From Moniliella sp. 'wahieum' (lineage: Eukaryota), in NCBI GenBank assembly GCA_003971905.1, contig RSEE01000013.1, positions 558,001-622,000 of the forward strand: 64,000 bases of DNA, written 5' to 3'. Position numbers and translations under genes: made by a program. Shown here one piece after another: positions 36,065 through 50,500 of this stretch. Every line of letters starts with the position of its first letter. Within the stretch, counting starts at the first letter, position 1. Under the pieces are notes generated by a model. That model was not told where the DNA came from. It saw only the letters and a list, made by a program, of their open reading frames with translations, and made no database searches.

Positions 36065-37901
36065 GAAGGTCCAAGTTCTAAGATCTAACCTCTCTCCCCT
36101 TTCCGTCCTCAGGCCTCGGGCCCAAATACCCCACACGTATATCTGTGGCACCACAGGCAAGTCCGCGGTCGTGGTCATCTCCAGAGAAGATCTGATATCT
36201 CTTCATTAATCATTGCACGCCGTGTGCCCCACACGCGCCCACACTCCATGTTGTGTTTGGGGATGTGGAGGGAGGTTGTCGGTTGGGATATAATGCTGCG
36301 TAACATCATGTAACAGGTAACATATGCGAACGGCCACAAAGAGACCCTATTACACCCCCACATTTATGTCCTCAAAACAGAGGGTCAACGTTTGTTGAAC
36401 GTTCAGTTGACCGTTAGAGCACGTGAGTAACTGAGTTGTACACCAGTTACTTGTGTTACTTGTTCCTTGTTACTTGTTCCTCTTTCACCCAAGTCCCTGA
36501 CAACAGCGACAACTGGGGGTGGGAAACTGAAATACTGTTATGCAACTGACAGGTCCTGCGGGCCGGTCATGGTCATGCATCATTTGAAGCGCCCCGCATA
36601 TGGAAAGCGTAACTGTGCCGAAAAAAAGCCAAAAAAAAAATTCAAGCGCTTAGTTTCAAGAGCTTCAAGGCTTGCATGGCTTGCGGGCAGGACCACCGCT
36701 GTTTTGCTTTTATATTGCCCTTGTTCCATTGCTAATGCACAAAATGCACAATAGCTCTCTCTGCTTTAAGCTTCAACAACGTTCAACGTTCAACCATGTA
36801 ACATAGAGGTACTGTGGGCAACTTTCCTTTGCCTGGACCTGTCGGCTACTTTACCTCGACGAGCAACAACGAGCAAGAGCGATGAGCTGCAACAGTACCA
36901 TCTGTGCATCAGCTGTATCGAGGACCCCCATCAGGCCATCATGTGCATCATGCTTCATGACCTTATATGCACATCAAGTTTCAAGCTATCTTGAGGCTTC
37001 AAGCTTCAAGCTTCAAGCCAAGCCCCTTCTCTCAGATCTCAGATCTTGGAGCTCACAGAGCTGTTGCATGCATTGCATGTTACACCCCACAGCGACCTCT
37101 TTATTTTCTCTCATCTTCCATCAGTCATCGATCATCTCCCAACTCCCATCTTATTATTCTCTGTCTCCGCTCTCAGCCTCCGCGGGAACGTCAGTTACGC
37201 GTTCCTCGGCGGTGCCCCGCGGGCGCGGGAGAGCGCTGAGCTTCAGGCCTCCGCGTCTGAGATCTGACAGCCAGCCTTACTGATCGGCCGGTGACCTCAC
37301 CCCCGCGCCGCGAGGTGAAATCTCAGAGCGAGAAAAGGGTTAGATGAACTGACTCCCGTCCAATCGACTCATTGACTGCCGTCGTAACTAGTAACTTGAT
37401 TGGTTATTGTTGGGTCATATGCGCGCCTGTCCTTTGAAGCTTGGAAGCTTTACGCGTTACGTGCCTTGCGTCTTCCATCTTCTACAATCGGTAATCGCCG
37501 GTACCGACTCGTACGTGTTCCCATGCCTGCTTAAGCCTTAGGTGTTCAGCTCGCCCTCGTTATCGAAACACGACGCGGTGCGGGCATTGCACGACCGATT
37601 CCCACGGATACGAGGCCATTACTTCGTTACTCGTTCTATTCACATCTTTCCCACGCCCTTGGGCCGTCGCTTCACCAGCTTCACATCCCTTCCTCCGTGG
37701 CCTAGATCGAACGAGGTGGAATCCTAGTCGCGGGCAATCGCAAATTTTGGGCAGCACTTACTAGGCGCGCTCATCCCTCTCCCTTCTGCTGTGGCCAAAA
37801 GCAGACTGGATGCCCCCGCCTCCTATCACTCACCCTACTGGCGGCGGTGCGGAAGCGGGAAGGGGGGGCTTCGTTAGGGCCTTGCGTAGGGCCAATATGC
37901 G

Positions 37902-39821
37902 TTAGGTAGGATAGATGAAGCTGGGGTCTTGCAAGTCGGTCGCATCCAGTGCAGCACGGTTGACTGCGAGTTTGGTCCCCTGGTCATCGACCACGTAACC
38001 CACCGTCTCGACCGGGTGGGCAGCCAAGTACGCTTGGCGGACCTTGTTACGCCGGTGCAAGATGAGCCAAATCAGGCCGATGAGCAGTGGCGACAAGGTG
38101 AAGGAGAGCACGATTTGCACCACCCACGCTGGCACGTACTTGGGTGCATCCCGGTCCTGCCACAGTTGCGGGGAGATGATATTGGCTACGGAATAGGCGA
38201 TGAGGATCAAAGCTTGGCGCGTTAACCGTTTTGTAAAGCTCGCTCCGGCCGTAGTGGTGCTCCAGGAGTACATGCAAATCCATCCCCTCCAAACGATTGC
38301 GAAGCCAAACAGATCGCTGCTAGTACCCCCACCGAGTTGGACAGCGGAAGCGACACGGCGACAATAGACCCTACCCACGAAGGAAGCGTTGACCACATCA
38401 CACACCACGCCGTCGTGTTGGGCCAAATGGCTAGCGTGGTCGTAGCAAACAAGGCCCAGATACTGCGTACCCGGCCCCGGCTTTGATCCCACCATGCACA
38501 CACACACGCATACACCCTCTCGTTAGCTTTCTGACTACAGGAGAGTGGGTCGGGGCAAGGCACGTACCGACACTAACCAAGGTGGAGTCCAAGTTGGAGA
38601 TCCCGCCCATTTCAGTGAAAAGCAAGTTTTGCTGGTAGGGCAAGTTGTTGGCCAATTGCTGGAGGAGGAGGGCGAGGCAAAAGAGCCAAGTGATGGGGTC
38701 CAGTAGCGCTTCCACCCATGGGCATGTTTGAACCGATGTTTTTGTTCGATGGTGTTGTGCTGCGTGGCCTGCACACGTCGGATGGTCCATACTTTCTCTT
38801 GGGTCGTGAGGAACCGGGTTGTCACCGGGTTGGCGGGTACGCCACCCATACCAAGCCCGATAGCAGCAGCGTCACACCCCCAATGAGAATGTGCAGGATC
38901 CGGTAGACCCCCATGCGCTCCACCGTTGCCGTGTGGCATACAACAGCCCATACGAGATAAACCCAATCGGGATCGGAGCGGCCATACAAGATGCGTACCA
39001 GAACGGCTGCGATGCCGCCCGTTCGTTCCGCGTCATGAACATCTGTACACAGTATCACATTGAGTTAGCGGTCAAGGTGAGGACTGTTGGGGTTTCACGG
39101 CCGGGGGCCTGGGGGGGGGGACTCACCCCGTTTGTGGTGGTCAAGAGGGGGATTGCTGTGCTCTCTACAAAGCCAAGGGCAAAACGGAGAATGATCACAC
39201 CAGCCGGGTTGTAAGCGGCGCACATGAGCATCGTCAACGCCCCCCAAAGTAGGATCATGGTGAAAATGACCCGGTTAAGGGGCAGGAACTGCATGGCCAG
39301 CAGAGCGGGGATTTGGCCCAAGAGAAACCCGACATAGAAGAGCGTGTTGGCATCGTCGTACAATTGGTTAGTCAGATGGGTCTTGTCGTACAGCCCCATC
39401 ACGGCCTGGTCTCCGTACGCTCTTGGGTCAGTGCTCTGTTGGAGGAGGCGGAGGAATAAAGGAGGGGTGAGGGGGAGGGGGGGGGTAAGGGTAAGGGTAA
39501 GGGTAAGGGTAAGGGGCGCACCGAGTAACTGAGAGTTGCTTTGTCCGTGTAGAGCACGAGACAGATGAGCCAGGTGAGGGCAAAGACGCGCAGGAAGACT
39601 TTGCGTCTCAGCCGCCGTTCCTGATCGGGCGTGATGGGAGGGACCTGGCCATCGTGCTCCTGCATAAAGGCGAGGGTGACATCGGCATCCTTGATGGAGA
39701 TCTGGAGCTTATCTGTGTTGGGCAGCGGCGTGGCGCCGGGCTCGGGCTCGCGCGAGGACAGCGAGCCGTCCTTGGACACGGGCTTGTCCAGCGGACTGGA
39801 CACCCCCTTTTCCACGTCCAT
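37902..39821 (-). CDS. MFS transporter, allantoate/dipeptide permease (Dal5-like, ACS family)
   Basis: DADVTLAFM, ITPDQERRLRRKV, LYTDKATLSYS, NTLFYVGFLLGQIP, LRFALGFVES, TRFLTTQEK, QQLANNLPYQQNLLF, AGASFTKRL, ANIISPQLWQDRDAPKY, DATDLQDPSFIY. About three short introns. Confidence 0.9.
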
Positions 39822-41104
39822 GGGGGAGTGGTGGTGGTGGTGGTGGGGGGAAGGTGGACACGGACGGCAACACTGGTTTTGATGCGCCAAGGGCGGGGTG
39901 GGGTCAATTTATCATGAGGGCGGTGGTGCGGCGCGGCGGACGAAGGCGGGGATGGGCTGGAGAAGCACGCCATGGGATGGGATTTTCAGTCGATGGGACC
40001 TGTGGAGACACACAGAAAGGCCGCAGCAAGCAGAGCAGCAGACCCCAGATCGGCGCTGGGCAGCCAGCCGGGCGGAAGACGGAGGGGGTTCGTCTGTCCA
40101 TCAATCGACCGACCAGGCCTCCGCCCCCCCTCCGCATCCAGTTGGCTTGGGTTTGACGCAGCAACGCCTAACGCGTAAAACGCCTCAAAGGACCGCGGCC
40201 GATATCCATAATAGATGGTGCCACGTGCAGGGTGCCTATCTGTGTGCCTGACTATCTCTGACTCGTTTGCCCGACGGGAGCCGCAAGGAGCCGCCACAGA
40301 GCAGTGGGACAGAAGCTTGAAGCTGCCCCGGAGTCGGATGCGTCGCGGCGCCACTAGTCGACTACTCAGTACTCATGAGTCACTCTCTCTCCCTAGCCAC
40401 TTCGTTTCCTGTCACATGTTGCCACATGCCATCGATCATCGACATCGATTGTGCAATGGCGAATGAAACCGAGCACGCCACAGATAGCCGGCTCGACTCG
40501 TCCTCAACGTCTCCACTAGGCCAGTCCATTGCGAAGCGATTGGAATCGAGGCGCCTCCCGGAGAAGCCTGGGGCCTGGGGCAGTGTCCCCACCCTCAGGG
40601 ACCCCCCAAGAGCCGATACGAACATCGGAATGCGAACGACGGCGTAACCCTAGCCTCTCTGCCCCCAGTCGATGGCTTGCTCACGCGATGAGCCCAACTT
40701 AACCCTATCGCACATCCCCCGCAACTCCGCCGACAGTAGCCGACAGCCAAAGCAAGAACAGGGCGGGGTAAATGTTACATCCACACGCAGCTTCCAGGTC
40801 TGCTGTTCGCCTGCTGTTCCTCTCGGATACATCCTCCCTTCCTTCGTCCCTCCCTCCTTCCCCCCCTCCTCCTTCCCTCCCTACTCAGATCTCAGAACCA
40901 AACGAGGAGTGTCGTGTACAATGCAAATACAAAAAGTCCATCCTTGGATAGAAAGGAAGATCAGACATCTCCTCAGATCTCAGATCTCACCCCGGACCGT
41001 CGTTCCCCTTGCAGACAGCCATCAAACGTCATTAGCCCCATCACCATCGCATCGCCATCACCATCGCCATCACCATCGCCACCGCCACCACCACCCCTCT
41101 CCCA

Positions 41105-44100
41105 TCAACGCGGCGTGCGTGCGCGCGTGTGCGACTGAGCATAGGCATAGGCATGGGAATGGGCATGGGAATGAGAGTGCAACGCCTGCAACCGTACCAT
41201 AGTACGGAACAGTCCGTCGCGTTCGGCCAACTGACGTGGCGTGCCTCGCTCCACCACCCACCCATCATGACACAATCACCTCGTCCGCCTGCGCCGCCAC
41301 CGCCGCCACGCTCGGGCCAGCACGCGACCCACTCGCAGACGCATTCACATGCGCCACGGCAATCGTCGTGCGCGCCCGCTGCGATGGTGCGGTCCGGTCC
41401 GGCTCAGACGCAGACTCGGACGCAGACGCGGACGCGGACTCGGATTGGGGTTGTGTGGTTTGGGGTTTGTTGCTTGGGTCTGGGTCTGGGTCTGGGTCTG
41501 GGTCTGGGTCTGAGTCTGGGTCTGGGCTGGGTCTGGGTCTGGGTCGGAGGCTGGGGAACCACAGCGGGCGCGAGCGCGACTTGATCCAGGATGACCTGGA
41601 GCGCCGCTTGGTGTTCCGGTTCCAGTCCGAGCGTAGGTTCGTCCAGGAGCAACAGGCGGGGACGGCGCACGAGCGCGCGGGCCAGGGCGATTTGTTGTCG
41701 TTGGTGCGGCGGGAGGACGAGGACGCGGCCCGGTTGCTCTTCCCGGCTGGTACGGGGCGAGCCGAGGGGTGTAGCCTGCCCCGGTCCTAGTTGGGTCGCG
41801 GCGAGGGGGCGCTGGTAACGCGACTGATCGAGTCGGGTGTCTCGCTGGCTTCGTTGGGGTTGGGCGAGATCCACGTCTCAAAGCGTTCGGGCAAGGATTC
41901 GATCCAGTCGAGACAGCCGGCTTCGGCTGCCGCCTGACGTACCTGGGCCAATGGCACATTCAAATCCACTGCATCCACCATGGATTCAGGCGACCACGTC
42001 AAGGCGGCAGCACCGAGTCGTATGTTCCACCCGATCGTACCTTCAAACAACGTGCCGCCCACCGTAGGCATACCCCACCCTCGTGCCCACCTCGAGTCTG
42101 GCGCGAGGATGGACATGCACTTCCTCATCTCGCCCGGGGGACATTGGATATGTCGACCGAGTCCAGTTGGATCTGGCCGGCTGGGCTTGGGCTTGGGCTT
42201 GGGCCTGAGGCCGCGGGACCAGACTGGCCATCCGCTAGGTAAAAGCGCTCGAGCAGACTCATGAGCGCATGTGCGCCATTGGCCACGGCTTGGTGTTGCA
42301 GCTCGTGCATGCTTACTTGGGCGTTGTGCGACGCACTCCCGCCTGCACTCGCACTGATCACAGCCACATACGAGCCGGGCAGCACGTCGAGTGTGAGATG
42401 TTGCAGCAGCGCCGGCGCTTGCGGTACGGCCGGATGATGGAAACTGATATCTTGCAACGTCACCCTCACCCCACGCGGTCCTTCGGGTTCCGTCCCGCCT
42501 GGCTCGCGTTCGCCCAGTTTGGTTTCCTCTTCGGCCGCTTCGGCGCTTCGGCGGCAAAGACGAGCCACTTGAGGATCCGGATTGCGGCCGGTGGCGTTGA
42601 GTTCGATCTCGTTGCGTCGGTCGAGGAGACGGAAGATCTGGTTGCCAGCTCGACGCGCAACTTCAATGTCCGGCGCAAAGTTGAACACGTTGCCAGCTTG
42701 GATCGAACCAAAGATGACGGCGGTCAAGACGGTGAAGAACTTTTCAATGGTAATGTGGCCATGCTCCAGCATCCGACTGCCATACCAAAAGCCAAGTGAA
42801 AGAACGAGAAACGCAGACTTTGACTCAGTGCGTACACCCCATTGCCCCACCCCACAATATGGTACACCACCGCGGCGGGACTCATGCCACCGAGACGCGT
42901 GCCATGTTGGCTGGTGGATAAGGCCTGCTTGTACGCCTGCAGCACCGTGTGCTGCAACTGCAAACTGTGCACCAGCCGTACCACGTCCCCATCGGGCCCG
43001 GCGACCGTGAAGAGCAAGCCCGACTGAATTGCCGAGCGCAAGTGCGCCCGCTTGATCGCCCCGTCCTTCAATACCACCACCAACAATCGACAGGCTCCAG
43101 CGGACAACAAGAGTGGCGTACACGCAATACACACACCAGCCATACGGGGACTGTAGATCAACGCAATAATGTACCCTGCCACCAACGTTGCAACACTCTG
43201 CACGATCGTGCCTAACGTAGCGCCCACCAAGCCGGTTAACTTGTTGGCTGCATCGGTTAACCCGGAAGCGTGGGTCAGCGCATACTCTGCTTCTCCGCCA
43301 CCAGCATGGTCCCCTTCGCCTCCGCCCACCGTCGCGCCCGTCATGGCTCCTGCCAATGACATGGCATTGGGTCCGGCGGCCGTACGCGAGTGAATAAACG
43401 TCGGTGCGCGTGTGGCTGCCTTGACATCCCGCCCACTCGCATCGGGGAACGAGGAAGGTGTATCGGAGGGATTGTCAAAGTAGGAAATGTCGGCTCCGAG
43501 CAACTTGGACAGACACTGCGCTCGTACACGTTCAATCGTAATGGCGGCATTGAGCATCAGGTTGTGGGTTTGCACCAAGATGGCCACACCAGCCAAAATG
43601 GCCACGATGAAAAAGTACAGAGCGTTGAGCTGGGCTTGGTGCTTCATCCGGTGACGGTACGGCTCGGCACAGGCATGCGGCAACCGCGCCGTCTCGCGCG
43701 AGGAAAAGACAAACGTAGACCCGGCCTCACCCATGATCATAGGTGTGCACGTGGAAAAGTTGTGCAGCGAGCGACCAAATAAGATCGAGTAGGCCGGGTA
43801 GGCACAGCCGGAACATGCGGCCGCCACTAGGCCGGGGAAGAAGAGCGGGATCAGCTTGTCCTTGTTGACCATAGCGAGGCGGTAAAGGAGGTACAAGGCA
43901 CTCTCGTGCTTGGGACGGTGTAGGAAGGGAACCTCCGTAGTCGGATCCAGAGCCGGGTGCGAAGCGGCGGACCTCGCACCTTGAATGGCACAACAGGCCG
44001 CGCGGTCTGGGTGTCAGCCAGTCGGTTGGCACGGTGAGACATCGTGGGCCTAGGGGACCTGGGGGACCGGGGGGCAAGCGCGTGCGTCTTGTCCAGCGCA

Positions 44101-46483
44101 GCAGACGTCGCGTCGATCGTCTTGAGTTCGGGCGTGCCCGGGCGGGTCGAGTGCGAGTCGCGCAAGGACAGGTGATCCGAGCTCTCCGAACAGACGCATG
44201 CTGGTACCGTTGGCCGCCACGCGCGTACCTGATCCCGGATCCGTTGGGCCTCAATCAGTCGTGTGTACTCGCCGCCCAAGGCCATCAGCTCATCATGCGT
44301 TCCGGTCTCAACCACCGATCCTCGGGCCATGACGATGATGTTGTCAGCTCTTTCTAGCGTGCCACCGCCGCCCGCCTCGGCTAGACGCAGACGATGCACA
44401 ATTGAGATGGCTGTGCGGTTTTGCGAGATGGAATCGAGGGTATGCTGGACCAATTTGAGTTGTTCCTGTCCTTGGCCGTCTGGCTCTTCCCCTGCAGGCG
44501 CATCCATCGCGGTAGTTGCTTCGTCGAGAATGATGACCGCAGGATCATGTACGATCGCACGGGCGATCGCGACCAGCTGCCGTTCACTGGAAGTAAGGTG
44601 TACTGAGCCCGGAACAGGAGGCGGAAGGAGACCAGGTGTCCCAGGTGGTGCAGCGACCACAGTGTCGTACCCGTGCGGCAGAGCCATGACAAACGCATGG
44701 GCATTGGCCAACGAGCTGCCTGCTCTACTTTCCTCCTCACCTCCCCGGGCTTTTGGTGTTCGATGCGACTGGTATCCAGGCCATAGGCAATGTTCGTCGC
44801 GATCGAAACACCAGGGAAGAGAATGCGTGGGGCTGCACCACCCCAATCCGCTGTCGCAGCCAGCGCACATTCACATCTCGCAAATCCATACTGTCGAACC
44901 GGACACAACCCACGTCCGGATCGTAGAACCGGCTAATGAGTTGGGCGAGAGTGGATTACCACTGCCGTCGGGACCGACGAGCACAGTCCGTGTCCCAGCG
45001 GGGAAATCCACACTGACATTCTTGAGCGCTGGACGGTCGAGGACAGCAGGGTAGGTAAAGTCGACTTGGTCAATTTCAATGTGCCCAATGCAATCGGCTG
45101 GATCGACCGTTCGGCCTCTAGGATTCGTCGCGTCAATCTTTGGTCGCACTCTCTTGGTCACCGCCAGGATCTTGCCTGCAGCAGTGAGAGCAAAGGTGAT
45201 GGCTTGCAAATTCGGCGCCAACATGGCCAATCCGAAGGCTCCCATCATCACACTGAAAATGCAGGTCATCACTGCGCCCGACTCAATTTGCCATTGGCAA
45301 TCAGGCGGTTGCCGCCGTACCAAAAGGCCAGCGCATACGCTGAATAGATGATGAGAAAGAACAGTCCCAACCCACCACCTTGGAGCAACGATTTTTTCTG
45401 TGCGGGCGTACGCGGGCCCGTGTAGACGGCATACAAACGGGCCAGCACGGGGCCTACCCCGTACGCACGGCCAGTCAAGACGGCCGAGGGGTAGCGCAGC
45501 GCATCCTCCGCTACCGTTGCAGCGAGCGCCACATGGTCCAGCTCCAACGCTTCGTACTTGCTCATGAAAATGTTCATCACTACCGCACTGACGAGGATGC
45601 AGGGTATAATCGAAGTCAAGGCGCCTGCGAGCTGCGCGACAAAGTGTCAGTGTTGGCAACGCAAGGCTGGTCGAAATTGGGGGGGGGGGGGGGGGGAAGG
45701 CAAACGTCAAAGGGGAAGGGGAGGCGGAGAAGAAACGTACGCGTGGACTCTCAACGTAGGCAACCACAAATCCGGCAATAAAGGTCGAAATGAACATGAC
45801 GGTGGTGGGAATCTTGTCGCTGATGCCTAGAGGAGAAGAGAGATGGGTCAACAGGTCAGTCAGAGTGTTCAACACGCGCCCCAAAACACGCCATTACCAT
45901 ACCCTCTTGGATCGTTGCCGCGTCTCAATGAGGCGGGCGGCAATTTCGTTGGCGGTATCGGCTTGGGCCGGGGCGAGGAGGTCAAAGTAGGCAATGTCCT
46001 GGCGCATGGTGGCGTCGACATAGGCCAAGCGGATGCGGCGTGTCACGCGTTCGGCCGTGTACACCCACGTCGACATGTAGATCCACGTCAGCCAAACATG
46101 GTAGCGGCAATGTAGACGAGGTAGAGACAATTATTGTGCACGGCGCCGCGCAGCGCATGGCGCGCAGCGGCATGATACGCTGCGCGCTCGGTGGGGTCGG
46201 AAGGGAGTTGGGAGGCCTGCATGGCATGCGCGTAGGCGAGCATGGCGGTGGTCAGCTCGCCAAAGACGAGGGCCATCAGGGGCTGGACGACGCCAGCTGC
46301 AACAGCGGCAACGAGGCCAAGGACGTTGAGGAGGCGCTCAAAGGGCGTGGCGTAGGCGAACACGTCCCTGAGCCGTGCTTTGTGGGGGGGCGGGGCCTGG
46401 GTGGGGCCGGGGGGAGGCCCAGAGCGGGCGGACTCGCCATCGCTGCCGGGCCGGGTGTGGGGGCCATCCAGGTCGCCGACCAT
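41105..46483 (-). CDS. Full-size ABCB/MDR-type transporter (TMD-NBD-TMD-NBD) with degenerate NBD motifs; frameshifted
   Basis: RDVFAYAT..AAGVVQPLMALVFG, RQDIAYFD, GISDKIP, YALAFWYG, GHIEIDQVDFTYP, AIARAIVHDPAVIILDEAT, VVETGTHDEL, ALYFFIVAI, GLVGATLGTIVQS, GSIQAGNVFNFAPD, IALARALVRRPRLLLLDE. Confidence 0.88.
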
Positions 46484-47538
46484 GGCGACTGGGGGAGAGG
46501 GGCCGGAGAGACGGGAGGGGGCGGAGGGGCAGCGAGGCAGATGGTGGGTGGGGGCGAGCGATGGTGGTGGTGGGGGGATGGGCGCGATGGAAGCGATGGA
46601 GAGGAGCTGGACGAGGAGATGGGATGGGCGGCGGCGAAAGAGGGTGGATGGATGCGGCCGATCGAGCGCGCTGGGCAGGACGGAGGATGGTGTAACTTTT
46701 GGCGCGGGCCGGGGCAGGGCACGGCGCCAGTGTGTGAGCAGCGGCTGCAAGGGTGCTTTGTGCCTGGCCGCCCAGCGCATCCGACACTGCCGTTGTGCCA
46801 GCGATCCAACCCTACATGGCAGGCGCTGAGCGCTGATGCGCTGACGGGTGACCGCTAAGTACAGAAAGTAGGGGCCGTGACGTGATGCGTGACTTCACGC
46901 GTGCCTGGTCGTAGGCGGCCCGGCAGACCCAGCGCACCGAGCACTCCCAGGCACTCCCTACCCGTCCCCGGCGCTCCCGGCTCACCCCGGCTGCTTGCGA
47001 CACTGCCCTGCGCCGCCCGCTGCGGCGTGCGGTTCCCCGCGCAACAGCCGTCGGCGCATCAGCGGTGGGGCACCCTCGCCTGTCACACTCACATCACGCG
47101 TCCCATGTCACATGTCACATGTCACATGTCACTCCTGCATTGGCCCGAACTGCGTCGTATTGTTGAAAGTTGCAGGGCTAGGGGGTGGTTCAGTCAAGTT
47201 CAACGTTCAGTTCAGCGTTCAATTGTTCACGTTCAGCGCGCTCAGCCGAGGCCTGCAACGGTTAATGAGGCTCAGTCTGAGCCCTGACGCGTGACGCTGG
47301 TTGGTCGGGCATCTGGTAGACCCACAGACAACCAACAAGCAACATAGGAGCGAAGGAGGGTGGGGATGATATGTGTCCGTTGTGGCCAGCAGGGCAAGAC
47401 AAACGAAGGATAAGCTAGAGTGCGGGGTGGCATGGTCGATGGACAGTGAGGTATAGGCCAGGGGAAGGAAGAAATCGAAAGGAAGAAATCGAAAGAAAAC
47501 GAAAGAAAAACAGGCGAAGAGAGAGGAGAAGAGAGATC

Positions 47539-50500
47539 CTAGACGAGAAAAGAAGAGAGGAAAAGAGATTCGGCCGTTTCTTCAAAACGGCAACCAACGT
47601 CGTGGATCAGGCGCATCGTCGTACGGCACGCGGCCATCCTGGGCCACCTGTGCATCCACTTCCGCGCGGCCTTGTCGGCCGCAGCAAACTCGCGCCAAGC
47701 TGGCCACCGGGCCGGCGGAGGCGCCGAAATCGCCTCCATAAATCGCAGGAAGCGGTCACCGTATCGGCCAGGTCGCGCGGGGGAAATCCACTTGTGGCCA
47801 AGGTAGGTCGCCTTGAGCAGGTGTTCGGCCCGTTTGAGTGGCGTATACAGCGTAAACAGATCAATCACACCCAAGTAGTAGATCCAGTCGCCGGGATCAT
47901 TCGAATCGGAATGGGAATGGGAATGGGAATCGGGATGGGAATCGGGATGGGAATGGGAGTTGGCAGGACGTGTACTACGCAAGCCACCTTCGTCTTGGTA
48001 AAACAGACAAAAATCGCGTTCCTTGTCATCTGTTTCGAGCAGGTCTTGGTCCACACTTCGTGGGTCCGAGCGTTGCACGGCCTGCCGCACCCGGTTCACC
48101 TCGCCCCGTTCTCCTCCCACCGACGAGGGCTGGAACACACTGAGCTTTTCTGCTCGTAGGTTCTCCGAATTGCCCCGGCGCACATCGTGCAGGCCCACCA
48201 GCAGACTGTAATCCATGATCCGCAGGCGCTCGAGCAGCGCCACGTCCACAGCTACCTGCTGGTGGAACAACGTGTTCATTTCCGGTCCCAGTTCGAGGTG
48301 GCGGGCACGACGTAACCAATTAATGTCCTTCATGGTTGCCCCGGGTTTGTGGGCCAATTTGTCCTCGGGGTACTCGCGTCCACCAGCGACCCTTTGAGGT
48401 CGTACGTCTCGTGAATGTCTCGGTGCGGGGGGAAGAGGTTGTTCATCACGACGAAATGGATCTTTCGACCGCCAGGTAACTTGACCCGGTGCAAGCCAAA
48501 GAACCGACTGAGTAAAGTGTGCGGGTGGGCACGTACATGCTCGTGGTACGCCGGCAGCATCGACAATAATACTTTCTTCTCCGACGGACGGATGGTCTTG
48601 ATGATAAACCGATAGTCCCGACTAAAGTAAAAGAACGACCCGCTCTTGCCCGGAGACCCCAACTCACTGAGAATGTACTCGGAGGTGAGGGAGAAGAGAT
48701 AATCGGCCGCGGTGAGGTGAAATAGAGTACGCAAGTCACGAAATACTTCACTACAATAACTCTTGAACTTAAAGTCGTACCGCGACTTGGGACCCAATTC
48801 GTTCCGACACTGGAAACAGAAGAAAAAAAAACAGAAAACCAAGACAAGACGCGTCAATATCAATACTACTCTTCCATCCCCTCCCGCCTCTCCCATTCCC
48901 CCTTTGGAATCATTACCACTCCTCGACCCAGAAGAGCACGTACATATCAAATGTAACTTGTGCGAAGCGCCATAATCGCTCTCCCTCAGCGGTCGACGCG
49001 GCTTGGCCTCACACCGCGACACGGCAATCCGATACCAGTAAGCATATTGTACATCACCACGTAATTGCCATGCGTCTCGTCAATGATGCGGCCAAGAGCA
49101 TGACGCGGTACCGAGGGTTTGCCCCCCTTAGGTGCAGGTGCTGGGCCTTGACTCGGCCTCGGGTTGTGACTTGGAGCGTGCACTTGTACTTGTACCTGCG
49201 CCTGTGCCTGTGCTTGCGTCTGCGCATGAACGTTGGCGAGACCAAGCTCATGCTGCTCATGCCCGGCCCGCACACCATGGGTTGGAGCAATACCGGCACT
49301 GGGATCGGTCCGACCTTGTCGACCCTCATGCGCCAACGTCTTTTTCCGCCGCAACCGCTCCGCCGTCTTGTTGGCTTGATCAAACGCGACATCGCCCGTG
49401 CAGATCGTCGGGGCAGTTGGTTTGGCGCCTTGTCGTGCGGGGTCAAAAGAGGTACTGGGCCCGACCAGACCCAGAGGACGAGATAACATCTCCCCCGCCC
49501 GTCCGATCGAGGGACGCGGGCCATCGAGCAAACGTAAATGTTTCCCTCGGCCGCCAGCCTCGTCCGATCCGGGCCCATGCGCGTATCCAGGGGGGAGGAC
49601 TGGGACGGGCGCAGGGCTGGGCATAGGCTTGGGAAACAGGTGCACTTGACTCGGTCCACGCCCCATGGATAGGGATACGGGAAAGGGGGCGCGTCGGAAA
49701 AGAACGGAGGTTGGGACGAGGGAACAGTACCGATCGTAGATGCTGTGATGGCCGGCGACGGGGCCGAGTAGGTCGATAGCGCTTCGGTCGTAGACAATCG
49801 GTCTCCCAACCCCAATCCCGACGGCGCCGAGCCGCCAGCAGAGGTGGAGGAGAGAAACTAAACCTGGTCCGGCCGCTTTGGTTCGAGTTGCTCCGCATTC
49901 GCGAGGACCAGGGGGACAAGGGCACACCGTGCTGCGCAACAGGATGCACGAGCGGCGGCGCGGCATGCGAAGGTGCAGATGCGGTCTCGGAGGGGACAAC
50001 AGTGCCGCGGCCCAATGTAAGGGGCCGCTGAACTCTTGGGCAGACTCGTTCGGGCCAGGTGGGAGGGAAGAAGGCGCATCCTGCGTCCTGCCTGGCATGG
50101 TATCTCGGGAGGAACGCGGTGGCTGTTCCATGTGATAGGCAGAGCACAGTCGGGGTCCGAGGGTTGGGCGGAAGGTCAGGCGCGGCAGAGGGCAGGGTGG
50201 GCACAGCATAAGGATCCGAGGGACTGATGTACACATCAAACACTTCGCCCGTCTCGGCCTCCATCACCAACCGTCTGAGAGGAGCGGTAAGCGCACTGCG
50301 AATGCTCGAGATGGCATTACACCTTGTCCTCCTCTTCCTCGCTGCGGAGACCCAGGTTGAGCCGATGGCGGTGGGTGTGGCCGGCCGCTCCACCGAGCGG
50401 TCGGGGAGTCCGAGTCGTGGCGCGTACGGAAAAAGGGCGAGCGGGGTCGGAGCGGGTGCGGGCTGGCGGAACGCGCACTGCTGCTCCCCACGGGGAACTT

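Noticed and set aside
39483..39512. Interstitial telomere repeat
   Set aside because: The unit is TAAGGG rather than TTAGGG, and it lies inside an intron as one of many hexamer microsatellites.
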